From contig OX597818.1 in NCBI GenBank assembly GCA_951406725.2, forward strand, positions 72,106,001 through 72,170,000: a stretch of 64,000 nt of DNA. The letters are read 5' to 3'. This document shows positions 29,287 through 50,203 of the stretch, in pieces. The notes under the pieces are model-generated. The model searched no databases. It saw only the letters and a list, made by a program, of their open reading frames with translations, and was not told the origin of the DNA. The first letter of the stretch is position 1; each line of letters starts with the position of its first letter. The translations under genes and the position numbers were made by a program. This DNA is from Octopus vulgaris (taxonomy: Eukaryota).

Positions 29287-29983
29287 TATATACATACGTA
29301 TACGTACATACTTACATTTTTTACGTATATACATATGCATATGTGGGCACAGAACGTCACGAAACATAAATAACAAACAATACGAAATACGGGGATATGG
29401 AATAAGGGCTTTTTTGCAAGCAATGAAAGAAACAAATGGAAAACAAGACAAACAACACACGGAATGACCCTTCATCAGTTGTCGGCTGTTTTTCTCGTCC
29501 GTATTTCGAGCAATTCACGACCAGATACGCCTTCGATAAAACAGTTGCTCTCGTATAGCAAATTAAATAAAATTTACGATCTTGCCGAGGGTCAGGATGG
29601 TGACAAAAGCAGGACAGTGGAAACAAACAGGAAGGGCTGCTAAGCCTAAACGAGGTTGTGGTGGTGAATGCGAAGAAACAAGCCTGGACAGGAGACAGAA
29701 CAATTCGTCTTCCCTGTCGAGCTGAAACAGGAAGAGAGAAAGAAACACAAGTTAGGAGAGTAGCCGGTGGTCACGTGGATGCCACGTGAGCAAAGGAGGA
29801 AGAGTGAGGGAAAGAGAGTGACACAGAGAGAACTGTGAAGAGCAGAGTAAAAGATTTGGGGACAGGATAAGAGAGAAAAAGAGAGACAGGGAGAAGCGGA
29901 GGCAAAAGAAAGGAAGAGATAAAACGAAAGAGTTAAGAACGCTACACATCCTTTTCCAAGTAAGTTTTATCTATATATACTGA

Positions 29984-30036
<53 letters not shown>

Positions 30037-30040
30037 TATA

Positions 30041-30072
<32 letters not shown>

Positions 30073-30079
<7 letters not shown>

Positions 30080-30692
30080 AAATCCGTTGTGTGTGTGTGT
30101 GTGTCTTCTAGGATCTTCCATCCGATTGCGCTCAAATTTGATATGTAGATACCGATGGTATCAGGGCGTGTATAAGTCTTGAAAAAATTACAAAAATCGA
30201 TTCCAGGTGAGAATGCGATCGATAAAGCCGTGGGAACATGCATTTGTACGCGCAAATACATCAGCTGTTGCGATCGATACTACGCGTACGCGAGAAAAGT
30301 GCATCATTTTTGTTCTGCTTTTCTTCCGTCAACCTGTACATAACTGCACCTTCCTTTTCTCTTCTTTTTATACTGCTTAAAGGCACGTTTCTTTCCTGCC
30401 AAACTTACTGTTTAAACCATGTTTGTGTTCTCCCAGTCAACAGCCGTATCATTACTGGTACTTCAAACTCTTTGGTTGCATATTTGTGTGAATAAAATCG
30501 TTTTCTTTGGAATAGAAAAAAGTCTATCTTTATTTCTTCTTTTGCTGGTGTCTCAAATTTAGGTTAAATCAGTGTTTCTCAAAGGGGAGGCCTATGGGAC
30601 GGTCGGACAAGTTATTTTGAGAAAATTTGGTTTAAATGTTTGACAACTCAGCACCGTCCATTGGACGTGGGGGGGGGGGGGCGTTCTGCTCG

Positions 30693-30693
<1 letters not shown>
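30073..30693 (+). mobile_element. Non-autonomous Helitron-like element
   Basis: tatataaaa..(TG)n..ccgattgcgctcaaattt 5' region and a 3' ctgctcgt terminus, flanked by (TA)n. Confidence 0.45.
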
Positions 30694-31645
<952 letters not shown>

Positions 31646-31828
31646 CAAACATATGTATGTATGCATATGTGCTTGTGTGTTTCTATCATCAAGAACACGA
31701 ACAGCGACAGCAACAGTATGAAGAAGATAAATTGAAGGAAATGTCCTTGGCCTTAGGTCTACGAGGATTAACTTCAAACTAAACAACTATAACAATACAG
31801 CTAGCAACAACAACATGACCATTACAAC

Positions 31829-32136
31829 CAGTGGCAGACTGGGTCTGAAAATATTGGTTGCCAAGAGACTAATGGGGCCCAGCCGCAACTACATGGGGGC
31901 CTACCTGCAACTACAATGCTATCATTTAATTTTTGTTTTGTTAAAATTATTCTTTTCAACTGTCTACAAACACAGCCAGGCTGAAATAAATCATTCTTCC
32001 AGAAGTGAATAAAAAATTCCCAAACTTGAGGGGATGGTCCCTTTAGATACTAATATGGACCCCCATATATGGACTGTAATGGCACAGAGGCCCACTTGCC
32101 ATTGGACAAGCTGGCAACCTGACCAGTCGACCATTG
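31829..32136. mobile_element. hAT-type MITE
   Basis: Imperfect TIRs cagtggcagactgg/ccagtcgaccattg and a candidate 8-bp TSD attacaac/actacatc. Confidence 0.55.
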
Positions 32137-32450
32137 ACTACATCAACAATACCCAACCACCATCACTAACATCTAAACCAATGCATCCTACATCATCAAC
32201 GCTATCAACCCATTAACTTTTGAATTCAATTGGCTACAATAGTCACCATGTGCGCCAACACATATGTGCGTGAATATGTGTGTTTGTCTTTGTGTGTATG
32301 TGTCTGTCAGTTTGTGATGCGTTTGTGCGTGTGTGTGTATGTATGAGTGTCAGCTCTCACAAAGCAAATCTTTTTGGGACCATTTTTTAAACTTCATATT
32401 TGTTGTGGATAAGTAATCGCCTCAACTGCTGGATTTTCCTTCAATTTAAG

Positions 32451-34231
32451 ATGTCTAGAAAGAAGCGATCAAGTAAACTGAAGGCAGTAATGCGGAAAGG
32501 AACCTTAAAGGGATTACACTGGGTATTAAAATTGATGTTTTTAAAAGACTTAATGCGGAGGTAAAGCTAAGTTTGCAAACATATTGCATTTTGCAACGTC
32601 TATAGCGGGAACAATATATAACAAAAGAGAGAAATTTATGTCATGTGTTCAAGAAGCTACTCCGTTAACTGACCAGGCCTTATTTTTCCATAGATCTAAT
32701 GTAATGTTGAAAATGGAACGACACTTGAGTGTATAGATCGAGGGATTAGAATCTGCCGTAATGTGGTGATAAGATGGCAATACAAAAATAAGTAAAAGGA
32801 AAAAATTATACAAAAATAATTGCAGGACAAAGATGGTGAAACTTCTAATGAAAATACTTTTTTTGGCTGGTTTGAAAGGTCTAAGGTCTGCATGAAGTTG
32901 CACAAAATAAAAAATGACTGGTGAAAATGCGAGTGCTGATATAGAGGTTGCTACTAATTATCCCGAGCAGCTGCATATACAATGTTGATGAAACTGCACT
33001 TTACTGGAAGGGCATGCCTGCTAGAATTTGCATTTCTCGAGAAGAAAAATCAACACCGGGATTTAAAGCTTCCAAAAATTGTCTGGAACTTCTTTTGGGA
33101 GGGAATACCACTTATGATGTGAAATTAAAGCTTCCTACACGTGTATCACTCAGAGAATCTAAAGGCTTTCGAGGGTTACACAAAGTTTAATCTACCTTTA
33201 ATTGGGAGTTCAAATAAGAAAGCATGAACGACTAAGACCTTTTCCAAAGAGTGATTTACGAACGTCTTGCGGAAGAAAGGTACGGTGCCAGACATATTTC
33301 CAACAAAGCTTTGTTTCTTGTAGACAATTCATCGAACCTTCTTATAATGTGAGAGTAAAATATATTCTCAAGAATACAATTTTTCTCTAACCAATAGATG
33401 AAGATGTGATAGCTGACTTCAAGGTATATTATATGAGAACTTTGAAACCGCTTAGGACACTTCAACAAAAAATTTAATACATAGATACTGTGGATAATAT
33501 AGTTGCATCATGGGATGATATGTAACTTTCAACTTTGAATAGTACTTGGAAAAGTATATGACCAGACTGTATCTGTGATATTAGAATTCTCCTCAAGGAG
33601 AAAGTCTACATCAAATTTGAAAAGATATGGTGACACTTTCAAAGGATGTAAGATTTGAAAAAATCATAGAGAATGATGTGAGTTGGTAGTGTCCTAGAGA
33701 AAAAGTTTATCTAACAAGGAGCTGATGTTGTTTGAAAAAGAAACTGAAAATAGAGACGAGACAACAAAAGTTCATACTACACTAAAATTCATTACAAAAA
33801 TTATTGCTAAAGGGTTGACGTTTATAGAGAAAGGTCGGCAAGTTTTGCTGATAATGACCCTAATCGTGAACGTAACAGAAAATTTAGAAGAGTTTACAAT
33901 GAGCTCAGTCTTTGTACTGCGTCATAAACAACAAACAACTTTGAATAAATTCACTCCTCAAGCTGATGTTCGTGATGATAAACTGTAATCCCCTAAGTTA
34001 TTCCTCTTGAAATGCTTTTGCTTCATGTATCTATATAGTACCGTGTATGTTTAGAAATAGTCATTTTTATGTATAAAGATGATTATGTTGCTTGTTCGAA
34101 AAAGTCCGTAGTAACGCAATTTTACTTGATAACATGAAAGTCAATAGGGAAATTAATTTTGCATTCCGGAATGTCGCGTTACGCTCAGACTTTCAGGAAC
34201 GCATTTCTTTAGTAAAGCAAGGAAATTCCTG
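32451..34231 (+). mobile_element. Degenerate pogo/Tigger transposon
   Basis: GWFERSK..KMTGENASAD and IYNVDETALYWKGMPAR..EEKSTPGFKASK..LLLGGN, with many stops and frameshifts. Confidence 0.85.
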
Positions 34232-34732
34232 TATTTAACAGCAATTTTGTATTATATACCCTAAGGGAGATAACTAACTTAAAAGTTATTTCCCTTGAAA
34301 TTACTAAATCATCTCTGGGAATTAATTTCTGCAATTTGCATTTTAGATAATATAACTGAAAAATAGAACATTCCAAAATAAGATTTTAATAAAAGGTTGT
34401 CTGCAACTTGGTGTGCAGAGGGATTTAACCTCTTCGTATGTTTAATAAGAATATTACCTTGTGGGGAAAAAGGAATCAAAAATACACCCTATATCCGGAT
34501 CACTTATATCCCATTGAGAGTGCACCATTTATGTATTCATGATATAACCTTTTATCTTTAATCTTTTACTTTTATCATTCAGGGGACTATGGCTATGCTG
34601 GAGCACCGCGTTCAACGAATCGATTCTGGTACTTATTTTTTAGAACTTGGTATTTATTCGGTCGGTCTGTTGCTAAACAGATAAGTGTCGAGGACATAAA
34701 CGAACAAATACTGGTTGAAAACCAATGGTGGA

Positions 34733-34816
<84 letters not shown>

Positions 34817-35086
34817 TTTCATGTTATTTTATTCCCCTCTCTTCGGTCCGTTTTTCATGCTTGCCCTTTCAGAAACGAAATGTTCCTCTTGTTTTTATCC
34901 ATGTATATAAGCGCTTCAGCAAAAAGAGATCGCTGAAGGCTGAAAAAATGATACAGGGGTTGATTCGTTCAACTAAACACTTTAAGGGTGTGCCACAGCA
35001 TGACCTCAGTCATGTATGGTTATATATATAAATTGATATGTCTGATATGTGTATGTATAAATATAAATATGCATATAAATACATAT

Positions 35087-35132
<46 letters not shown>

Positions 35133-35202
35133 ATATATATATATAAAGAGAGAGAGATTAATAATAAGATATATTAATAAGATTTTAATATATATATATA
35201 TT

Positions 35203-36291
<1,089 letters not shown>

Positions 36292-36298
<7 letters not shown>

Positions 36299-37037
36299 CA
36301 GAGACCTGGGAGTAACAGTGGACAACAACATAAGCTGGGCTACACATATAAGCAGCAAAGATGACATGGCCGCAGAATGTGTTCCTGGATTCTCAGAACC
36401 TTCCAGTCGAGAGATTCCCACGCTATTATCCTTCTCTTCTCCACTTTTGCCCGACCCCACCTTGAATACTGCTGTCCACTGTGGTCTCCCTACACAGAAC
36501 AAAATATTATGAGAATTGAAGCTCCCCAAAGGTCAATCACAAAAAAAGATAGATGGCATGTCAGACCTTGACTACTGGGGTAGACTAGAGAAGCTGAAAT
36601 TGTATTCACTCCAACGACGCCGTGAACGCTACATTATCTGTATGATGTGGAAAATATTCCACCAGCACTGTCCGAATGATGTTGGCACCACCTTCAAAAT
36701 GCATCCAAGGCTTGGACCACGTGCCATCCGTCCACAACAAAAATCTAAATCGCATCACATAACGACAATACGGCACAACTATTTCACCTCAATTGGACCT
36801 GCTCTCTTCAACATTACACCAGGGCACGTCAAAAAAGAAACTGACCACACAAAATTCAAGAAGTCTTTGGACAAATTCCTTCAAACAGTACCGGACAAAC
36901 CACCCACACCCGGATATGTCTCCGCAAACAATAACTCTCTGCTCGAATGGGCCTTGGTGCCCAAATCCTGAACTGAAAGACTTCGCCAGGTGGTGCTATT
37001 AAGTTAGACATGGCCTGGGCCAATACTGGCCAAAACC
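36292..37037 (+). mobile_element. 5'-truncated CR1-type LINE
   Basis: IRDLGVTVD, RPHLEYCCPLWSP and YWGRLEKLKLYSLQRRRER, with a (ttctaagtta) tail. Confidence 0.9.
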
Positions 37038-37058
37038 TTTCTAAGTTATTCTAAGTTA

Positions 37059-37118
<60 letters not shown>

Positions 37119-37186
37119 TATAGTTTCATATATATATATATGTATATAGTTTCAGCTCATGAGCTGTGGCCATGCTGGGGCACATG

Positions 37187-37299
<113 letters not shown>

Positions 37300-37302
37300 A
37301 TA

Positions 37303-42752
<5,450 letters not shown>

Positions 42753-42829
42753 AAATACTCCCACAAACAACATCCACATTTAACAACAATGGAACGGATT
42801 GAGTTCGAAAGATTTCATCAGCAGACCAA

Positions 42830-44590
42830 CATGAAAACCTGCATTGAAAATCAAAAAGCTGCTGAGGAACAGTGGGTAATAATAAAAAGCCAATCAAACA
42901 GAAATCAAAAGTGTTCTATTCATATGCCAATAAGAATACGACTGCTGTCCTATTCTTGGTCCATTGTCCTATTCTTGGTCCACTCTCCTAATCTTGGTTT
43001 ACTGTCCTAATCTTGGTCCACACTCGTTGGTCGACTGACTGATGATAATAGCATTCACCAACATGATGCTAAAGAAATGGTAAACGTGCTGCTGCAGAAA
43101 CAATACTACTCTGTCTTTAGTGATCCCACTGGTATTAACGCAAGCGATGTGAACGAAGTCGATCCTCAACATATAACCTCGGACATAACTTTTACTGCTT
43201 CAGACATCATAGCAGTAATAAATGAGATCAAGTACCATTCTGCTGTAGGTCCTGATAAGTTCCCTGCTAGTGTCCAGAAGGAATGCAGACACCTATTTGC
43301 AGGCCTCTAACCAACCTCTGAAGAGATTCTTAGACTCAGGATACACACCGAAACAGCTCATATTCTAGTCTGTCATCCCGGTTTTCAAACAGGGAATCAG
43401 ATTCCTCGCATTCAACTATCACCCAATCTCGCTCACCTCCCATATCATCAAAGTGTTTGAAAGGGTGGTGAGTTAAAGAATAGCTGGCTTTCTGATGAGC
43501 CTCCATCTCCTAAATCCAAAGCATCTCCTAAATTCGCTGCGGCATGAAGTGACTAACACAGCTCTTACATCACATCGATGATGTCCTTAAAGCCTTGGGA
43601 TCAGGTTCGAACTCTAATGTCACATATCTTGATTTCAGCAAAGCGTTGTGGTCGAGTCCTACTGTCAAAATTGTCAAGTACAGGAATCCAGAAATGATTA
43701 ACGGAGAAGACCGAACTGAACTCCAGTCTGATCTATATGGGAAGACAAAAACAAAATGTGACTAAACGAGGGAGAAGTTGTGAACCGATGCATTTTGGAA
43801 AAAAGTTTGTGTTAAAACAACCATATTGTCTTCATTCAGGGGAACCACTCACAGCATCTAATAATACCAGAGATCTAGGAGTAATTGTTGACGATACCTT
43901 AACAATAATGTCAATATAGCTCGTAAGATGAGCTCCTGGATCCTAAAAAGGTTCCGGTCTAGAGAATAAGTGTCATCATTCCTCTTTTCCCCTCATTTGT
44001 ACGGCCACAGCTCGACTACTGCTGCTCCCTGTGGTCTCCACACACAAAGCAAAATATTTCGAGAAGCGAATCACACTAGAGGGCATTCACTAAAAGAATT
44101 AAGGGCATGACTGATCTTGATTATTAGGACCGCTTTAAGCATTGAAAATCTACTCTCTCCAGCGCCGCTTTGAGCGATACATCATTTGCACGATGTGGAG
44201 AATATGCCACCAGCTTTGCCCCAACGACCTCAACATTAGTTTCAGAACTCATCCAAGGCTAGGACCACGTGCCATACGTCCCCAGACAGGATAACAACAC
44301 ATAAATACACTGCAACACTATTTCTTTGCCTGCTTAACATTGTCCGAAAACAAATCAAAAACGAAAGACCCCTTCACCTTTAAACGGAATCTGGACAAAT
44401 TTCTTCAAGGGATATCAGATAAGCCACATATACCTGGATAAAACACACTCAATAAGAATTCTCTACATAAATGGGCCATAATACCACAAAACTTGGCTTT
44501 AAAGGATTTAGCAAATTCTATCAGGTAGTGCTATTAAGTTAGACATGGTCTGGGTCAATCTTTGGTCGAAACATATCTAAAATTATATTA
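42830..44590 (+). mobile_element. Degenerate CR1-type LINE (RT region to 3' end)
   Basis: GPDKFPA, NYHPISLTSHIIKVFERVV, YLDFSKA, RDLGVIVD and RPQLDYCCSLWSP. The 3' end is homologous to 36990-37037. Confidence 0.88.
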
Positions 44591-45084
44591 ATAGTTATCG
44601 CCAAGCTAACATGGTAGTTCGGGAAATAGAACGCATGCTGCCGTTGATTAGGTCCAAGAGGTCATCGCCTCTAACTAGCTATGTAACACAAACCTGTATC
44701 CAGTATAACCTTCGAACAAGGGATGTCAGCAGCTTCCCCTTGTTGGTTCAACAGCCACAGACTAGTTTCGGGGTATTTGCCCCTTATCAATGTGGAGTAT
44801 CGGAATTCAGCAGGCGTCGCTGCAGACCGTCTGTTCGAAGGTTTATTCAGTGGAATACATCCACTTGTTTTCAAAAATAGAAATATTAACATTTCTAAAT
44901 CTCTCTAAAGGAGACTACGGCAGCGGTACTGGATGTTAATAGTTATTGCCAAGTTAACATGGCAGTCCAGGAAAATAGGACGATTGCTACCGTTGATTAG
45001 CTCCAAGAGGCCATCGCCTCTAGCTAGCTATGTGACGCACAAACCTGTGTCCATTATAACCTTCGAACATGGGAGGTCAGCAGC
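44588..45084 (-). mobile_element. About 348-bp monomer, 1.4 copies, with an HHR between the direct repeats (retrozyme-like)
   Basis: Direct repeats at 44588-44733 and 44936-45084, with the HHR at 44755-44795. Confidence 0.75.
44755..44795 (-). ncRNA. Minimal type I hammerhead with U3-A8 covariation
   Basis: ccaca TTGATAA gggg caaata cccc GAAAC TA GTC tgtgg. Helices I and II are perfect and helix III is the palindrome ACTAGT. Confidence 0.78.
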
Positions 45085-45399
45085 CGCACATGCACACACA
45101 TACACACACACATAACACACACACACAGCATATACATACACGCACACACGTACATACGCATGCTCACACATACTTGAAACTGCCAGTTAAACATCTTTCT
45201 ACTGATCATTCCTCTACGCATATGTGAAGAGATACACAACTACACAAAAAGACAGTCACAGCTGCTACCGTGCTATTGTATTCTTCCTACAACATTTTAA
45301 GCGACCCAAAGTTCACTCACACATACACATATAAACAGCCAAAACGACACACTCGCCATACACACAACACTTTGAAAACAAATGCGCACACACACGTGC

Positions 45400-45445
<46 letters not shown>

Positions 45446-46237
45446 ACACACAGACTTGCGCGCATGCACACATACCTCCTTCCCTGACACTACCCTGTCT
45501 TAGAAAGAACGTTTTCTTCACCCATTCCCTTCCGGTCATTTCAAAATGTAACCGCATGTGAATCGTTGGCGATTTTTTCCCTCCGTCTTCCTTTCTATTG
45601 GACTTTCCTCTGTTACCAAAGGAGAGCGTTGCTCGAAACGTTAAATAATTTTCTTTCCTTCCCTCAGCGTCTGCTAATACTTTACATGAACCATGTCCTC
45701 GCATTGTTGTGTTTTTTGTTTCGATTTACTATCATTATCAATAATACATATATATATATTATTAATGATAATAATATGACACTCGCATGGAACACATACA
45801 TGCACCCCACACACTTACATGTATACATATATATGCATTCATACACATGTACACATATACATGTCCGCACACACGCACACACAAGTATATATACCCATAC
45901 GCGCACAATTATGTTCATATACATGTCTCTATACGCACACGCAAAATATGCAGGGTTGAAGGTAATGTACAGAAAAAATATATAAAAATATATATAAAAA
46001 TATGTAAAAATATTAAAAAATATATGTAAGAAATGAAAAGCGTGTACGTGGACACAATATAAAAAGCAGGTTCTACCTGTGATCTGTGTACGTGCGCGCG
46101 TGTGCACGTATGTACATGCGCGCACACGCGGATTCTATGAGCGTGGGTTTACCTTCTTTGAGTATTTTTACTATCACTTTCTATTCGGGTAACTTCCTTT
46201 TATTTAACGGTCATTTTCATAGCATTTTTATTTGTCT

Positions 46238-46300
46238 TAATAACTGAAGAGATGCCGGAGCAGAATTCCGCCCCGACATCCGAAACTCTGAGTTTTATTA
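46238..46300 (+). ncRNA. Type I hammerhead ribozyme
   Basis: taataa CTGAAGA gatgccgg..ccgacatcc GAAAC TCTGA GTT ttatta. Related to the 31340 family. Confidence 0.75.
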
Positions 46301-46323
46301 TGGCAACCGACTCTAATTGTCAC

Positions 46324-46363
<40 letters not shown>

Positions 46364-46483
46364 GTGACAAAACGAGGACATTTGAAATAGTAACCACGAG
46401 TATTATGGGTAGAACTGTTTACAAGTCTGACTTTGTGCGGACGTCCTAGTATGCAGTCCTGCAAATTCTATTCATCTGGACGG

Positions 46484-46555
46484 TCGCACCGATGATCTAC
46501 GGACATTTACGTAAGTAAAATTACGTAATATATTAATAGTGAAACATGTATGTGA
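46484..46555 (+). ncRNA. Type I hammerhead, U4C variant
   Basis: tcgca CCGATGA tcta..tagt GAAAC AT GTA tgtga, with the palindrome ACATGT. Confidence 0.55.
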
Positions 46556-47216
46556 ATAATCCATATTTTTATTGCTCTTTCTTTTGTCTTGCTCGATTAC
46601 GTTTTGGTCGTTTTGCTAAATTTTTCTTGAGAACATTTCTTAGTGGTAAGACCATAGCGGATCTATTTCTAGCATAAGGGTGTCCACATAATGGTTTCCT
46701 TCTAATATGTATTTAATACAATTTCACTGAGCCTTCAGTTTTTTATATGCTAGACCACTGATGTGAAATCGATGTTAATTTAATTAATATCTAATTTCTC
46801 ACACTCATTATATATTACGGAGATGTACTTGCATAGCCAGTGACTTGATCTGAGATCGTGTGCTAGAACGAAAACAATTGCAGCGTGGAAGGTGTTTATA
46901 AGCCATTTAAGAAACACACAAAAACCGTTAGGTTCACTTCAACATTTAAACACCTTCCACGCTGCAATTATATATATATATATATATCACAATCAAGGAA
47001 CGGCCATAATAGGCCATTCACCCACTAGAAATAACAGGCAAAGCTTCAACCGCAAAATAACATTAATTCCGCAAACCAGGAGAAAATTAAAAAACATTTA
47101 CCCTGTAATTTATTATACGATGCACCGTTTCATCTACTGTTTAATGGTAAACTAACCTGATTAAATTAAATCAAGCCAATCTTCCATAGGCCCTTAGATT
47201 CGTCAGTAAGAAATAG

Positions 47217-47369
<153 letters not shown>

Positions 47370-47406
47370 ACCTGCTTAGTTTCTCTTCATCTGTTCCGAT
47401 CTGGCT

Positions 47407-47513
47407 ATTTCTTACTGACGAATCTAAGGGCCTATGGAAGATTGGCTTGATTTAATTTAATCAGGTTAGTTTACCATTAAACAGTAGATGAAACGGTGCA
47501 TCGTATAAGAAAT
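47407..47513 (+). ncRNA. Type I hammerhead ribozyme, canonical core (mirror copy at 47108-47214, minus)
   Basis: atttctta CTGACGA atcta..tagat GAAAC GGTGCATC GTA taagaaat. Helix I is 8 bp and the helix II base is 5 bp. Predicted cleavage is after 47505. Confidence 0.85.
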
Positions 47514-47732
47514 TACAGGGTAAATGTTTTTTAATTTTCTCCTGGTTTGCGGAATTAATGTTATTTTGCGGTTGAAGCTTTGGCTGTTATTTCTAGTGGG
47601 TGAATGGCCTATTATGGCCGTTCCTTGATTGTGATGTTGAACTTATAAATGGTCTATGACTATTTAATTTTTTCCCACTAGGCCGCTGGTGGCAAAAAAA
47701 TTCTACAAAATTTTTTTGCCACCCTATATTGA

Positions 47733-47803
<71 letters not shown>

Positions 47804-48069
47804 CATATGTATGTAAGTATCTATGTTTGTATGTATGCACGCTTATTTGTGTACGTTTGTGTGTGTGATTGTCTCATTGCCTTGACATAGGGCAATAGTT
47901 TCAAGCAAGTGACAATTTCAGGCAAGAAGTGTTCTTTGTTTTCATGCACCATTTTCTCTCATTAATAGAACTGTCGGCATTTCTGATGACATACATATGC
48001 AGTTATATATATATATATATGTGTGTTTGTGTGTTTGTGTGTGTGTATGTATGTATGTATGTATGTATG

Positions 48070-48114
<45 letters not shown>

Positions 48115-48179
48115 ATGTGTGTATGTGTGTATGAATGTATGTACGTGTATGTATGTGTGTATGTGTGTGTGTGTATATA

Positions 48180-48378
48180 TTACTTGTTTCACTCACTAGA
48201 CTGCGGCCATGCTCGAACATCGCCTTGAGTTTTCGGTCGAATGGATCGACTCCACTACTTATATTTTTAACTGTTGTTCTTATTCTATCATTAAGTTACG
48301 GCGACCAAACACACCAACGCTGGATGTGAAGCGATGATGGTGGGGTCAAATATAAAGACACACACACATACACAGACA

Positions 48379-48415
<37 letters not shown>

Positions 48416-48565
48416 GCGCGCGCGGTGGGCTTCTTTCAGTTGCCGTCTACCAAATCCACTCACAAGGCTTTGGTCGACCCGAGGCTATAGTGGAGCACAC
48501 TTTCGCAAAGTGCCATACAGAATCATGTGGTCGGAAAGCAAGCTTTGTATCACATAGCCACGCCA
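48180..48565 (-). mobile_element. SINE family B copy, diverged
   Basis: Similarity to other copies. Confidence 0.7.
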
Positions 48566-48770
48566 TATATATATTTGTATTTTTTCAATGCGTACAAATA
48601 ACACGGAAAAATAAATAAATAGTACCAGGGTAGCAAAAAGTCACATAAGTGCCAACGATATTATAGTTTACTTATAAAGGTAGAAATCCAGGGTTAAGTG
48701 TAATGTTTTTGTATAATATGGATAAATTAAGAAATAGAATTAAACGCAGGTGTTATTCACTTCTTTATAC

Positions 48771-48856
48771 TTCCGACATATGTTTCGAAGAAAACATTGA
48801 TATTATTCCGGATGGAATAAAATAATGTAAAATAATGCAATCATCTCATCAGGGAA
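48771..48856 (-). ncRNA. Type I hammerhead ribozyme in an inverted pLTR-like pair (48740-48875 / 49063-49198)
   Basis: ttcc CTGATGA ga..tc GAAAC ATAT GTC ggaa. A degenerate plus-strand partner lies at about 49082-49167. Confidence 0.72.
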
Positions 48857-49215
48857 AGAGAGAGAAACAAAAAGCCATTTTAACCGAATGTGATTACCAC
48901 GTATATGATAAAGGGGAACGCTGGCATGTTATTTAAAAAGAAAAAAAACTGTAAATAGATTAAACGACAAAAGTAATTTAGCGAAAGAGGTGGAGGAAAA
49001 GAAAGAAATTAACAGGAAATTAAGAGTTAAGGAAATAAAGCCTTAAATGGATTATTGATGAGTTTTGTTTCTCTTTTTTTTTTCGCTGACGAGATGATCG
49101 CATTGCTTTACATCATTTTATTCCCTCAGGAATAATATCAATATTTTCTAGTAAACATATGTCGGAAGTATAAAGATTTGAATAACACCTGCGTTTAACA
49201 CCATTTCTTAATATA

Positions 49216-49340
<125 letters not shown>

Positions 49341-49341
49341 A

Positions 49342-50115
49342 CATAATAGAATAGTTCTATATAAGTTATTATTCATATTCATAATTTTGTTTTAGAGTGG
49401 TGATGGGGTTTTTAATAGTATATTGCCGAGTAGAGAATGTTAATGTATGTGTGGCTGAATGTATGTATCTGCTGAATTTGTTACTCCTCTGTGTTGGAGT
49501 GGCGGTGGGAGTGGTGTTGTGTGTGAGTGATTTGTGTGTGTGTGTGTGTGGGTGTGCATTGAGTGTTTATGTATTGAGTGTTTATGTATGTGTGAATGTG
49601 TGTGTGTGTGTTTTTGTTTGCGTATCGTATTTGTGTATGTTTGTTGTATGCATGTGGTATTTGGAATATGTGTGTGTGTGTGTTTGTTTTAAGTATTTAT
49701 GTATGGTGTTGTATATATGTGGTATATGGTATTAGGTAGTTTATTCTAAGAATGAAATGTTTCTGTTGTTGTGGTTGAGTATTTGCGGATGCTGGATGTG
49801 TGGTTGTCATGCAGACTGAGTGTGTTTATAAATGAGGGTTGTTTGTGTGTGTGTGGGAGTACGAATGCATGTGCATGGGTGTGTGTGCATGTGTGCGCGT
49901 GTACAAGTGCATGTGTAGATGCGAGTTGCATGAGTGCTATGTAAATGCGTGTGCTTGTATATGCACTTGTATACATGCATGTTTGAATGTGTGTGAGATT
50001 GCACCAGTTTGCGTGTACACACTCATATATACATATGATATTTATTTATTTATTTTTGTGAATGTGCGTATTTTTCATATATATGTGTATTTGATGATAT
50101 GTGTGAGTGTATATA

Positions 50116-50203
<88 letters not shown>

